A DNA stretch of 32,000 nucleotides from Pseudodesulfovibrio piezophilus C1TLV30 (GCF_000341895.1 NC_020409.1:3302411-3334410), one strand, 5' to 3'. Counted from the first letter of the stretch, positions 7,480-16,716 are shown. Notes: generated by a model not told the origin, from the letters alone. Translations and numbers: made by a program.

Positions 7480-8709
7480 TTAACCGGTCAAAGCGGTTTC
7501 TTTCATCTCATCCAGTCTTTCCAGATAGGCTTGTTGATAGAGTGGGCCGTTTGCAGTGAACTGCATTGCTGCTTTTTTATGCGCGTCACACCATTCCGCC
7601 AGTGCCGGATTGCGTTGAATGCGGCCATAGGCTTTGACCATGTGGAGTGTCATATGACAAACAGGCATCGTTTCCTTTGCCTGTACCAGCAATTTTGTCT
7701 GATCCTTTGCCAGATTCAGAAAAAAAGAAGCCACTGCTTCGGCACAATGATAATTGGCTCCTGATTTCAGTTTTTCCTGCACAGAAGGGATATCCAAAGA
7801 GGTGATGCGCCAGTGTCGCTGCCACTCGGCCGGGATGGTCTCTGACTGGCCGTATTCAATGGTCCCGGTCTTGAGAAAATGTTCCAGTTTAACAGCCATT
7901 CTCTCTGGCATTGGTCCGATGTGCTCAATATCGCGGCGGGCGTGAAGGGACGTGACAAGGCCGTCTTTTTCTTCCAGGCGAATCTTGAGGAAGGGACAGT
8001 GCTCCTCGATTTTTTTGGTGGAATCTGACCAGATGCCGCCGAAGACCGAGTCCATGTCAAGGATGTGCACGTCATCAAAAGCTTTTTCCCAGGCTGAAAG
8101 TATTGCCTTGCCTTTCATCCACAAGGTGCCCCAGCCATCCAGATAGGAAAAGGGGTCTGGTCCAAAGGCGGGGTAATGGGACAGTCGGGCGAGAATGACG
8201 ATGGGAACACCGGGGTTTTCCGCCCTGATGCGAACCAGCATTTCCCGGTATCTGTCCAGATATGTTGATGGGTTGGGTTTGAACATCCTGCAGTTGTTTT
8301 GTGCCCACGTCATCAGGTCCGGATTGTCAGTTAATCCTCTGGGGTCCATGAAGAAAACATATTTCTCTCGATCATGCAGAAAAAGAGGGGTGTTTTCATG
8401 GAAAAGACTCAGCACAATGAGTTCCGGAGCGGAGCTGTTCGCATCCAACGGGGAAAATTGGTGTGACAATATTCGGCCATGGAGATAAGGCTCAATCCCG
8501 AATTGTGATTCTATCTCTTCCAGGGACGGAGGTATACGTCCTGGATGGCTGGGATATGTCAATGGCGAAGCAAGAACCTTGTACACGGTTTCGTGCCCAC
8601 GCGCCGCCATGGCCCGGCTGAGAAAATCTGCTTGGCAGTTGCCGAGAAAGTAAATCACGTGATACTCCTCAAAAGTAAGTGTTCCAGACCCTCTTTTTAC
8701 GGGATACAT
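7480..8709 (-). CDS. Hypothetical protein (about 410 aa) with an N-terminal GNCQ motif (possibly WcbI-like)
   Basis: Long clean ORF. The track start at 8769 is TTG; the first ATG is at 8709 (MYPVKRGS...). YFLGNCQADFL resembles, from memory, the N-terminus of WcbI-type capsule-associated enzymes. The remainder is unrecognised. Confidence 0.55.
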   Translation of the reverse strand: MYPVKRGSGTLTFEEYHVIYFLGNCQADFLSRAMAARGHETVYKVLASPLTYPSHPGRIPPSLEEIESQFGIEPYLHGRILSHQFSPLDANSSAPELIVLSLFHENTPLFLHDREKYVFFMDPRGLTDNPDLMTWAQNNCRMFKPNPSTYLDRYREMLVRIRAENPGVPIVILARLSHYPAFGPDPFSYLDGWGTLWMKGKAILSAWEKAFDDVHILDMDSVFGGIWSDSTKKIEEHCPFLKIRLEEKDGLVTSLHARRDIEHIGPMPERMAVKLEHFLKTGTIEYGQSETIPAEWQRHWRITSLDIPSVQEKLKSGANYHCAEAVASFFLNLAKDQTKLLVQAKETMPVCHMTLHMVKAYGRIQRNPALAEWCDAHKKAAMQFTANGPLYQQAYLERLDEMKETALTG

Positions 8710-8782
8710 GTCATATCGGTTGGGAAACAGGAGAACGTAAGGGGAAGTTTGAAAAATTATAAAACTCAAGCAGTTCAGGAAT

Positions 8783-8829
8783 TGTTACATGTCACCAAAG
8801 CGTAACAATCGGCACATTGTGCTGTAACA
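8783..8829 (+). promoter_or_regulatory. Cluster of TGTNAC/GTAACA repeats upstream of pstS; candidate Pho-box-like operator
   Basis: TTGTTAC (8783-8789) and GTAACAA (8802-8808) form a 7-bp inverted repeat. GTAACA recurs at 8824-8829, 22 nt (two helical turns) after the 8802 copy. TGTCAC is at 8791-8796. Confidence 0.25.
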
Positions 8830-8901
8830 GTCTTTCTCTAGTGTCTGCCCAAGCAAAATTGGATTTTCGTTTTTCAATAACCCTGTTGAGGAGACAGCTA
8901 A

Positions 8902-9945
8902 ATGCCTAAATTTATGAAAATGCTCGTTGTCGCCGCTGCCATCGTCGCTTTCGGCGCTGGCATGGCCCAGGCTCGCGATCAGATCAAGATCGTCGGTTCT
9001 TCCACCGTTTACCCCTTCTCCAGTTATGTTGCTGAAGAACTGGGTGCTACCACCAAATTCAAGTCTCCCGTTGTCGAATCCACCGGCTCCGGTGGCGGGC
9101 ACAAGTTGTTTGGTGCAGGTATCGGTCTTGATACCCCGGACATTACCAACTCTTCACGCCGCATGAAGGCTTCCGAGTTCGAGAAGGACCAGAAAGTCGG
9201 CATCACCGAGATCACTGAAGCCTTGATCGGCTACGATGGAATTGCGGTTGCCCAGAACGGTGCAAACCCGGAATTCTCTCTTACCAAAGATGAGCTGGCC
9301 ATGGCTGTCGCAGAGATGGTTCCAATGGATGGCAAACTGGTCAAGAATCCTTACAAGACCTGGAATCAGATCAACGCAAAATTCCCCAATCGTAAAATCC
9401 TTTTCTACGGCCCGCCGACCTCCTCCGGTACCCGCGACGCCTTTGGTGAAATGGTCCTCGGAAAGTTCGCCAAAAAGCATAAAGACCTGTACGCTGCAGT
9501 TTCTCCCAAAGGAAAAGCCGACAAGTACGAATCCGTTCGTCAGGATGGAGTCTATGTTCCTGCTGGGGAGAACGACAACCTGATCGTTCAGAAACTGACC
9601 AAGGACAAGAATGCTTTTGGTATCTTCGGATACTCCTTTCTGGAAGAAAACTCCGATCGCATCTCCGGTGCCAAGATCAATGGCGTTTCTCCTGAGCCGA
9701 CCACCATCGCCAACGGTGAGTACCCCATTTCCCGTTCCTTGTACTTCTACATCAAGAAAGCTCACATGGATAAGGTCCCTGGCATGAAGGAATACATCGA
9801 GTTGTTCATGTCCGATAAGATGATCGGTCCCAAGGGATTACTCAAGCGTATCGGTCTGGTTCCCCTCGGTGATGACCTGCGCAAGCAAGTTCAGAAAGAT
9901 GTCCTTTCCTACAAGAACCTGACCCTGGAAGACCTGAAGCACTAA
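8902..9945 (+). CDS. pstS: Phosphate ABC transporter substrate-binding protein PstS
   Basis: Signal peptide, GSSTVYPF, STGSGGG and DITNSSRRMK motifs. GAGGAG RBS lies 8 nt upstream. Confidence 0.9.
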   Translation: MPKFMKMLVVAAAIVAFGAGMAQARDQIKIVGSSTVYPFSSYVAEELGATTKFKSPVVESTGSGGGHKLFGAGIGLDTPDITNSSRRMKASEFEKDQKVGITEITEALIGYDGIAVAQNGANPEFSLTKDELAMAVAEMVPMDGKLVKNPYKTWNQINAKFPNRKILFYGPPTSSGTRDAFGEMVLGKFAKKHKDLYAAVSPKGKADKYESVRQDGVYVPAGENDNLIVQKLTKDKNAFGIFGYSFLEENSDRISGAKINGVSPEPTTIANGEYPISRSLYFYIKKAHMDKVPGMKEYIELFMSDKMIGPKGLLKRIGLVPLGDDLRKQVQKDVLSYKNLTLEDLKH

Positions 9946-9962
9946 TTACGAAACGTTCGAAT

Positions 9963-9993
9963 GAGACCGATCCGGTAAGGATCGGTCTCTTTT
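9963..9993 (+). terminator. Intra-operon hairpin with T-run between pstS and pstC (attenuator / partial terminator)
   Basis: GAGACCGATCC-ggtaa-GGATCGGTCTC followed by TTTT. Confidence 0.7.
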
Positions 9994-10002
9994 GGCGTCT
10001 TA

Positions 10003-11238
10003 ATGGGGATTGCCGTGACTACGGGAAGCATACTTTTATATCTGCTCTGCGGCTTGGTGCCGTTGTCCATCGTCGCTTATTTCCTGGCGACCAAGAAAAC
10101 CTTTTCGGTCAAATACGAAGGGGAAAAATTTCATTCCACCCCAGGGAGCTACGGATGGTACGCCATTATCTGTACCTTGTCTCCGGCTCTTCTGGCGTCA
10201 TTTATCGCCGTGCTGCTTCAGCTCTCCGGCCTGGTCGAGGTTCCGGGGACAGCTTTTGTGGCAACAGGTATCCTTTTCGCCGCTCTGGGACTTTGGCTCG
10301 GGGTTCAGACCATCAAACCAAGGCTCAAGGCGCGCAGCATTGTGGAGCAACTGATTGTCAAAATGTTATTCGTTGCTTCGCTTGTTTCCATTTTTACGAC
10401 TATCGGCATTGTTATTTCCGTGACCTTTGAGGCCATAAAGTTTTTTGATATCGTGAGCTTGTGGGATTTTGTCACAGGAACAACCTGGAACCCGGATGAA
10501 GCGGTGACCGGCAGTGATGTCCAAGGCGTTTTCGGGTCCATTCCTCTCTTTGCCGGTACATTCATGATTACGGCCATTGCTATGTTGGTGGCTGTTCCAG
10601 TTGGTCTCTTTTCAGCCATCTGTATGGCAGAATACGCAACGCCTTCATTCAGAAAAGTTGCCAAGCCTGCTTTGGAAATTTTGGCCGGTATCCCCACAGT
10701 TGTCTATGGTTTCTTTGCTGCCATCACCGTCAGTCCACTTGTGGTCAACATAGCAGAATATCTTGGACTTCAGGCTGATTTCACCAATGCCTTATCGCCG
10801 GGGCTGGTCATGGGGGTCATGATCATTCCTCTGATTTCTTCCTTGTCGGATGATGTCATCACCTCGGTTCCCAATGCTTTGAGAGAAGGCTCTCTCGCCA
10901 TGGGAGCCTATCGTTCGGAGACGATCAAAACCGTGGTCCTGCCAGCCGCTTTGCCCGGTATTGTTTCTGCTTTTTTGCTGGCCGTCTCTCGAGCTGTCGG
11001 TGAGACCATGATTGTGGTCATGGCTGCGGGTTTGCGGGCAAATCTTACATGGAATCCTCTTGAAGGGATGACAACAGTGACTGTTCGGATTGTCGATGCC
11101 TTTACGGGCGATCAGGCTTTTGACAGCCCCGAAACGTTGTCCGCGTTCGGGCTTGGTCTTGTCTTGCTGGTGGTTACTCTGGTCCTCAATGTCATCTCCC
11201 TGGTGGTCATCCGTCGATTCCGTCAACAATACGAATAA
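10003..11238 (+). CDS. pstC: Phosphate ABC transporter permease PstC (long form, 411 aa)
   Basis: EYATPSFRKVAKPALEILAGIPTVVYGFF EAA-loop region and multiple TM helices. About 100 aa of extra N-terminal TM region compared with short PstC proteins. Confidence 0.85.
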   Translation: MGIAVTTGSILLYLLCGLVPLSIVAYFLATKKTFSVKYEGEKFHSTPGSYGWYAIICTLSPALLASFIAVLLQLSGLVEVPGTAFVATGILFAALGLWLGVQTIKPRLKARSIVEQLIVKMLFVASLVSIFTTIGIVISVTFEAIKFFDIVSLWDFVTGTTWNPDEAVTGSDVQGVFGSIPLFAGTFMITAIAMLVAVPVGLFSAICMAEYATPSFRKVAKPALEILAGIPTVVYGFFAAITVSPLVVNIAEYLGLQADFTNALSPGLVMGVMIIPLISSLSDDVITSVPNALREGSLAMGAYRSETIKTVVLPAALPGIVSAFLLAVSRAVGETMIVVMAAGLRANLTWNPLEGMTTVTVRIVDAFTGDQAFDSPETLSAFGLGLVLLVVTLVLNVISLVVIRRFRQQYE

Positions 11239-11247
11239 GAGAAGAAT

Positions 11248-12408
11248 ATGTCGTTTATACTGGATCATAAAAAAATGAAGGGGCGGGCCAACCGCGACAG
11301 ACGTTTCAGGATATACTCCTACTCAGCTATTTTCATGGCAGGAGCGTTTCTGGTTTTCTTCTTTGCCGATATCACCGCTACTGCTTGGTCTGCCTTTGAA
11401 CAGGCAGAGTTGCGAGTGGAAATGAACTATAATGAAGATGCCAAAACCATGGGGGATTATGCTTTTGATGATAATATCAGTTATCTTGTCAGTCGTGGAG
11501 TGACCCGCCTTATCCCCAATCAGATGCGGGAGGACCGCTCGCTTTTGGGAACTTCCGTCGAAAAATGGATTTTGGCTGACTCGGAAGTTGACCAATATCT
11601 CAAGGGAAAACCCAATAGATTGAGAAAGGACGAGCGCAAGTTGGTCGATACAATGCGGGCCGAAGGGCGGGCCAGACTCGCTTTCAATAACGGTTTTTTC
11701 TTTAACGGTGATTCCAAATTGCCGGAAATGGCCGGAATCTGGGCTGCAGCAGTCGGTTCTTTCTATGTTTTGATTATTACGCTCCTTTTCAGTTTCCCGC
11801 TGGGAGTTGCCACAGCCATTTATCTGGAGGAGTTCGCACCTGATAACCGGTTGATGCAGGTCATTGAAGTCAATATCAATAACTTGGCTGCGATTCCATC
11901 CATTCTGTTTGGCTTGCTCGGGTTGTCCATTTTTATCAACTTCATGGGGGTACCTCGATCCTCTGCTTTGGCTGGCGGGTTGACCCTGTCTCTGATGACG
12001 TTGCCCGTCATCATCATTTCCACTCGCGCTTCCATTCTTGCCATCCCGGACACCATCCGTGAAGGTGCTCTTGCTCTGGGCGCTACTCGGTGGCAAATGG
12101 TCATGACCAATGTCTTGCCGTTGTCATTGCCCGGCATCCTGACCGGTACGATTATCGGGCTGGCTAGGGCGATTGGTGAGACCGCGCCGTTGATGATCGT
12201 CGGCATGATGGCATATATTCCTGAAGCGCCGGATGGCTTTACCAGTGCTGCGACCGTATTGCCTGCACAGATATATACATGGTCATCCGATTCCATGCGT
12301 GCCTTTACCGAGCGGACATCAGCAGGCATCATCGTACTCCTCGCTGTCATGCTGGTGATGAACGGTATCGCTATTCATATGAGGAATAAGCACGAAACCA
12401 AGTGGTAA
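11248..12408 (+). CDS. pstA: Phosphate ABC transporter permease PstA (long form with a large periplasmic loop)
   Basis: YLEEFAPDNRLMQVIEVNINNLAAIPSILFGLLGL and ALGATRWQ motifs. A loop of about 130 aa follows TM1. Confidence 0.85.
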   Translation: MSFILDHKKMKGRANRDRRFRIYSYSAIFMAGAFLVFFFADITATAWSAFEQAELRVEMNYNEDAKTMGDYAFDDNISYLVSRGVTRLIPNQMREDRSLLGTSVEKWILADSEVDQYLKGKPNRLRKDERKLVDTMRAEGRARLAFNNGFFFNGDSKLPEMAGIWAAAVGSFYVLIITLLFSFPLGVATAIYLEEFAPDNRLMQVIEVNINNLAAIPSILFGLLGLSIFINFMGVPRSSALAGGLTLSLMTLPVIIISTRASILAIPDTIREGALALGATRWQMVMTNVLPLSLPGILTGTIIGLARAIGETAPLMIVGMMAYIPEAPDGFTSAATVLPAQIYTWSSDSMRAFTERTSAGIIVLLAVMLVMNGIAIHMRNKHETKW

Positions 12409-12422
12409 TCTCTGTTCTCTTC

Positions 12423-12470
12423 AGACACCAAAGAGAGGCGTCCCATGTGGGGCGCCTCTCTTTGGTGTCT
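12423..12470. terminator. Long hairpin between the convergent genes pstA and nadK
   Basis: AGACACCAAAGAGAGGCG ... CGCCTCTCTTTGGTGTCT forms an 18-bp perfect stem, plus inner CCC/GGG pairs. No strong U-run on either side. Confidence 0.6.
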
Positions 12471-12501
12471 TCAAGTCGTTTGAAAGTTTTTCAGAATTAA
12501 A

Positions 12502-13266
12502 TCAGGAAAATTGTTCGTTGAAAATTCGTTCTTCCAATGAATGGCCAGGATCGAACAGGACCGTGGCATATTGGCTGGTGTCTTCCGTCACGATGACGTG
12601 ATTGACGTCCCGGACTTCAAAGGAATCTGCGGAAGCGCCGACAGGGCGTTTCTGATGGTTGATGATGTCGAATTCCACTGTGGCTGTGTGGGGGAGCAAT
12701 GCTCCGTCCCATCGTCTAGGGCGGAATGGGCTGACTGGGGTCAGAGCGAGCACGTTGGAGCCAAGAGGGATGATTGGTCCTCGAGCGGAAAGATTGTACG
12801 CAGTTGATCCGGCCGGTGTGGCAAGCATGATTCCGTCGCATATGAGCTGGTCAAGTCTGATTTGGCCATTGATACTCACCCGGATATGGGCAGATTGTTG
12901 GGAATATCGAAGCAACGCGACTTCGTTGAAAGCGAGGGCTGTCAACCTGTGTCCAGAAGAGGACGTCGCAGTCATTTTCAAGGGGTAGAGAGTATGTCCC
13001 TGTGCCGAGTTGAGTCTTTCTTCCAGAGCATTCTGGGAGAATTCGTTCAGCAGGAACCCGACGGTGCCCCTGTTCATGCCGTAAATGGGCACTCCGAAGT
13101 GCAGGTACTCATGCATGGTTGCCAAGAGAAACCCATCTCCCCCGAGAGCAACGATCACGTCAGCTTCTTCCACCGGGACAAAGGAATATCGTTTGGCAAG
13201 GCTTTCAAGTCCTTTTCGTGCCTTGGTAGAGCGGGAAGCTATGCATGCAATTTTGTCAAATGCCAT
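12502..13266 (-). CDS. nadK: NAD+ kinase
   Basis: VALGGDGFLLATMH, GMNRGTVGFLLNEF and ATPAGSTAYNLSA motifs. Confidence 0.9.
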   Translation of the reverse strand: MAFDKIACIASRSTKARKGLESLAKRYSFVPVEEADVIVALGGDGFLLATMHEYLHFGVPIYGMNRGTVGFLLNEFSQNALEERLNSAQGHTLYPLKMTATSSSGHRLTALAFNEVALLRYSQQSAHIRVSINGQIRLDQLICDGIMLATPAGSTAYNLSARGPIIPLGSNVLALTPVSPFRPRRWDGALLPHTATVEFDIINHQKRPVGASADSFEVRDVNHVIVTEDTSQYATVLFDPGHSLEERIFNEQFS

Positions 13267-13407
13267 GGTTCGGTTCCATGTATCCTTGTGGCTGAAGAAG
13301 ATTTCTTTGGAAATTCTTACACCGCATGAAAGGGAAGGTAAAGGGAGCTTGAATTCATTGGTAAAAAAATATCATGAAAATGAGAGTGCATCAGCCTCAT
13401 ACGAATT

Positions 13408-13436
13408 CCCCCCCTCGCGTCTCGCGCGAGGGGGGG
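13408..13436 (-). terminator. GC-rich hairpin downstream of gltA
   Basis: CCCCCCCTCGCG-tctcg-CGCGAGGGGGGG, a 12-bp stem located 75 nt after the gltA stop. No clear U-run follows. Confidence 0.5.
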
Positions 13437-13510
13437 ATGAATAATCGTTACAGACAGGTTTCATGGCTCTGGTTTGAAAGCGAGAGAAGCCGTGAACCCT
13501 GAAGTGATGC

Positions 13511-14845
13511 TCAGGGATCAAGACGCATATCGAGGGGGATATAGGGTCTGGATTCGTGCCCTGTATATATCTGGCGTGGGCGGTGAATTTTAGTCGTGCC
13601 ATCGGTATTTGTCTCGTTCCAATGAGCAATCCAGCCAGGCATCCGTCCGATGGCGAACATGACCGGGAACATATTCACAGGGATACCCAGTGCGCGAAGG
13701 ATGATACCGGAGTAGAAGTCGACATTGGGGTAGAGTTTACGCGAAGTAAAGTATTCGTCATTGAGAGCCACCTCGGCCAGTTCCAATGCAATGTCGAGAA
13801 GTGGATCATCATACCCGATGGAGTCGAGCATGTCGTGTGCGGCCTGGCGCAATATCTTTGCACGAGGATCAAAGCTCTTGTATATACGATGCCCGAATCC
13901 CATGAGACGGCATTCCTTGCGTTTAACCCGCTCAATATATTGGCCTATAGTCGCTTCCCCGTCACGGATATCTTCGAGCATCTTGACGACACCGGCGTTG
14001 GCCCCTCCGTGCAACCGTCCCCACAGAGCGCAGATACCTGCGGATACCGAGGCAAAAAGATTGGCCTCAGTGGATTGAACCATGCGCACGGTGGAGCATG
14101 AGCAGTTCTGTTCGTGATCAGCATGGAGCAGGAAGAAAAGTGTCAATGCCCGAACCTGTGCGTCCGTTGGTTCGAAGTTCCTGTTTGGTACCGAATGCAT
14201 CATGTGCAAGAAGTTTCGGCAGTAAGACAGCTTTGGGTCCGGGTACATGAACGGGAGCCCTTGCGCTTTCCTATAGGACCACGCGGCAATGGTCCTGACT
14301 TTGGATATGATTTTGGCGGCAGCACGCAGGAAATCATTGGTACTCGTAATTTCGAGCAGGTCGGGATGATAGCAGCCGAGAGAGTTGATGACAGCTGACA
14401 AAATAGCCATGGGATGTCCATTGGATGGAAATCCTTCGAAATGATGGCGCAATCCTTCGTGCAGCAATTCTTGTTCACTGAGTAAATCGCGAAATTCCTG
14501 GCGCTGACTGCGCGTCGGCAGTGCGCCGAAGATCAAGAGATAGGCGGTCTCGATGAATGTCCCCTGGGCGGCCAGTTCCTCGATGGGATATCCTCGGTAT
14601 CGGAGAATACCGTTCTCTCCATCAACATAGGTGATGGCACTGGTACATGCGCCGGTGTTCCCGAATCCGGGATCATACGTCACGTACCCTGTTTCCTTGC
14701 GCAGACATGATATATCGACCGCGTGTTCGTTTTCGGTCCCGACGATTACCGGTAGTTCGTACGTGGTACCGTCCAGAATCAGATATGCGGTCTTGCCTTT
14801 GCCTTCCTTGCTATCCTTCAGCATGGTCAAACCCCTTGATGTCAT
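13511..14845 (-). CDS. gltA: Citrate synthase
   Basis: GFGHRIYKSFDPRA, HADHEQNCS and LDGTTYELPVIVGTENE motifs. An alternative start at 14824 (MLKDSK...) is preceded by AAGGGG. Confidence 0.9.
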   Translation of the reverse strand: MTSRGLTMLKDSKEGKGKTAYLILDGTTYELPVIVGTENEHAVDISCLRKETGYVTYDPGFGNTGACTSAITYVDGENGILRYRGYPIEELAAQGTFIETAYLLIFGALPTRSQRQEFRDLLSEQELLHEGLRHHFEGFPSNGHPMAILSAVINSLGCYHPDLLEITSTNDFLRAAAKIISKVRTIAAWSYRKAQGLPFMYPDPKLSYCRNFLHMMHSVPNRNFEPTDAQVRALTLFFLLHADHEQNCSCSTVRMVQSTEANLFASVSAGICALWGRLHGGANAGVVKMLEDIRDGEATIGQYIERVKRKECRLMGFGHRIYKSFDPRAKILRQAAHDMLDSIGYDDPLLDIALELAEVALNDEYFTSRKLYPNVDFYSGIILRALGIPVNMFPVMFAIGRMPGWIAHWNETNTDGTTKIHRPRQIYTGHESRPYIPLDMRLDP

Positions 14846-15134
14846 AAGTGGAGCCCCCCTCGCGGCATCAGATACAAAATAATATTTGGTAATATGCCTC
14901 GCGCCAAAAGAAATTTCAGCGTTTGGCCCGTCGATGCGACAGATGTAAAAATGGGGAGCAGATCAATATTTCAGCTTGGGGGACAATAGCAAAATTGGGG
15001 GAAAAGTCAATCATCGCGTTTTTCCTGAAGTGACAAAATTTGAATGATTGAGGTCGATTGGTCAATTTTGCCTGCAAGATCAGTCGATAACGAGTGTGTT
15101 TGATTGTTTGATCAATCGGCTATGTGAAAACTCG

Positions 15135-15165
15135 TTGACACGCTCAAGATACCCCCATAGGGTAT
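15135..15165 (+). promoter_or_regulatory. Sigma-70-like promoter (TTGACA-N17-TAGGGT) overlapped by the palindrome ATACCC-ccata-GGGTAT
   Basis: TTGACA at 15135-15140. Palindrome at 15149-15165, about 60 nt upstream of the Fe-S protein gene. From memory, the palindrome resembles CsoR-type operators (ATACCC...GGGTAT). Confidence 0.35.
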
Positions 15166-15223
15166 GCGCGAAGGGAGAGGGTAGAGGTGGGCCATTGCAT
15201 CTTCAACAAAAATGTAGTGAATA

Positions 15224-16258
15224 ATGAACAAGAAACGACAATCCTCTGTGGGCGTGAGCAGAAGAGGTTTTCTCAAAGCATTCGGTATGGGCAGTGCTGC
15301 TGCGCTCCTCCCTGGAAATTCGCTGGCTCGGGAGCGGGTGTCAACGGCATCAGAAGGGGAATTGGCAACGCTGCTTGATCTCTCAAAATGTATTGGCTGT
15401 GGCGAGTGTGTTGCCGCATGTCGGGAATCGAATGCCGTCAAATTTCCTGAGCCAGTCAAGCCTTTCCCGGAAATGCATCCTCGCGGTCGGGCAAAGCCTG
15501 AAGATTGGTCTGATAAGCGCGAGAGGGATGACCGTTTGACACCCTACAACTGGCTTTTTCTTCAGACGGCCCGAGGACAGTACAAGGGACAGGATTTTGA
15601 AATCACTCTCCCTCGACGATGTATGCATTGCCAAAACCCGCCCTGTTCGCACCTCTGTCCGTTTGGCGCGGCGGCAAAGCAGGCAAATGGCATAACTCGG
15701 ATTTCTGCCCGGTTGTGCATGGGAGGAGCCAAGTGCAAGGCTGTCTGCCCATGGCATATCCCTCAACGTCAATCCGGTGTGGGGTTGTACCTGCATCTTA
15801 TGCCGCGGTTTGCCGGGAATGGGGTTATGTACAAATGTGACCGCTGTTATCAACGCATCGACAAGGGAGAGCTCCCTGCCTGTATCTCAATATGCCCGGA
15901 AAATGTCCAAACCATAGGTGTCAGGAAGGACATTGTGGTTCAAGCCAAGGCGTTGGCTGAAGAAATGAATGGGTTTATCTATGGTCTTGACGAAAATGGC
16001 GGCACGAATACCCTCTACGTGTCGCCGGTTCCGTTCGAAGTGTTGAATGAAAGTGTGGACAAGGGGGCAGGCAAGCCTCATTTAAAGCCCGTTGCGGATT
16101 CCATGAGCGATGAAACCACCCTTGCGAAAGCAACTCTGCTTGCTCCCATTGCTGGTGTGATGGCCGGTTTGGCGGGAATCGGAGCCAGATTGTATTCAGG
16201 GTATTCCAACCGGGAAAAAGCGTTGCCAAGGTCCAAGAAGCAGGGAGGCACACCCTGA
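15224..16258 (+). CDS. Tat-exported poly-ferredoxin (DmsB/HybA/HmcB-type four-cluster protein) with a C-terminal TM anchor
   Basis: Twin-arginine signal SRRGFLKAFGMGSAAALL. Cys groups are CIGCGECVAAC, CMHCQNPPCSHLCP, CMGGAKCKAVCP (second Cys replaced by Gly) and CDRC...CISICP. C-terminal helix ATLLAPIAGVMAGLAGIGA. Confidence 0.8.
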   Translation: MNKKRQSSVGVSRRGFLKAFGMGSAAALLPGNSLARERVSTASEGELATLLDLSKCIGCGECVAACRESNAVKFPEPVKPFPEMHPRGRAKPEDWSDKRERDDRLTPYNWLFLQTARGQYKGQDFEITLPRRCMHCQNPPCSHLCPFGAAAKQANGITRISARLCMGGAKCKAVCPWHIPQRQSGVGLYLHLMPRFAGNGVMYKCDRCYQRIDKGELPACISICPENVQTIGVRKDIVVQAKALAEEMNGFIYGLDENGGTNTLYVSPVPFEVLNESVDKGAGKPHLKPVADSMSDETTLAKATLLAPIAGVMAGLAGIGARLYSGYSNREKALPRSKKQGGTP

Positions 16259-16716
16259 TGCAGAGAATTATATCACCCTGGATTTCACGCCTTTTCGTGC
16301 TGTTCATGGCCGGGCTTGCGGCAACGGGACTGATGCAGATGCCACTTGCCAAACGGTATTATGTGACCACGCTGCCGGGCTTGGGGTGGACTGGGGATTT
16401 CTATTTTGTGCACAAGCTCCACTACATTTTTGCCGCGTTATTGCTTTTCCTTCTTGGTGTCGTTGTTGTGACCTGGTTTTTATACTGGCGGAACCGTGTG
16501 ACTCTGACAGGTCTTGGAGGAGTACGGTGTGTTCTTGTTGGCGGGTTGATCCTCAGTGGTGGCTTCCGTGTTTATCGGAATATTCCCGATGTCACATTCG
16601 ATCCGACAGTCGTTCTTCTGATAGAGTGGGTTCACCTTGGCTTGTTCATAGTCATGGGGCTTGTGGCGTGTCTCGCTTTAGTCCAAGGGCGCTCCAGATA
16701 TATGAGGGGCCGATGA
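16258..16716 (+). CDS. Small 4-TM membrane protein with conserved-looking His residues; possible b-type cytochrome or quinone-interacting partner
   Basis: Its ATG overlaps the upstream stop as TGATG, and GGGAGG lies upstream. Four hydrophobic helices. His residues in FVHKLHYIF and IEWVHLG. Confidence 0.65.
   Translation: MQRIISPWISRLFVLFMAGLAATGLMQMPLAKRYYVTTLPGLGWTGDFYFVHKLHYIFAALLLFLLGVVVVTWFLYWRNRVTLTGLGGVRCVLVGGLILSGGFRVYRNIPDVTFDPTVVLLIEWVHLGLFIVMGLVACLALVQGRSRYMRGR

Noticed and set aside
8811-8823. GGCAC-attgt-GCT upstream of pstS, considered as a sigma-54 promoter
   Set aside because: The GG-to-GC spacing is 8 nt, not 10, and the preceding base gives CGGCAC rather than TGGCAC.
9154-12350. 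Large antisense ORFs within pstS, pstC and pstA (9154..9765, 10305..10697, 10792..11268, 11323..12096, 11820..12350)
   Set aside because: They are shadows of well-supported transporter genes.
13085-13629. ORFs 13085..13444 (+) and 13372..13629 (-) in the nadK-gltA spacer
   Set aside because: They span the GC hairpin and gene ends, and have no RBS or motifs.
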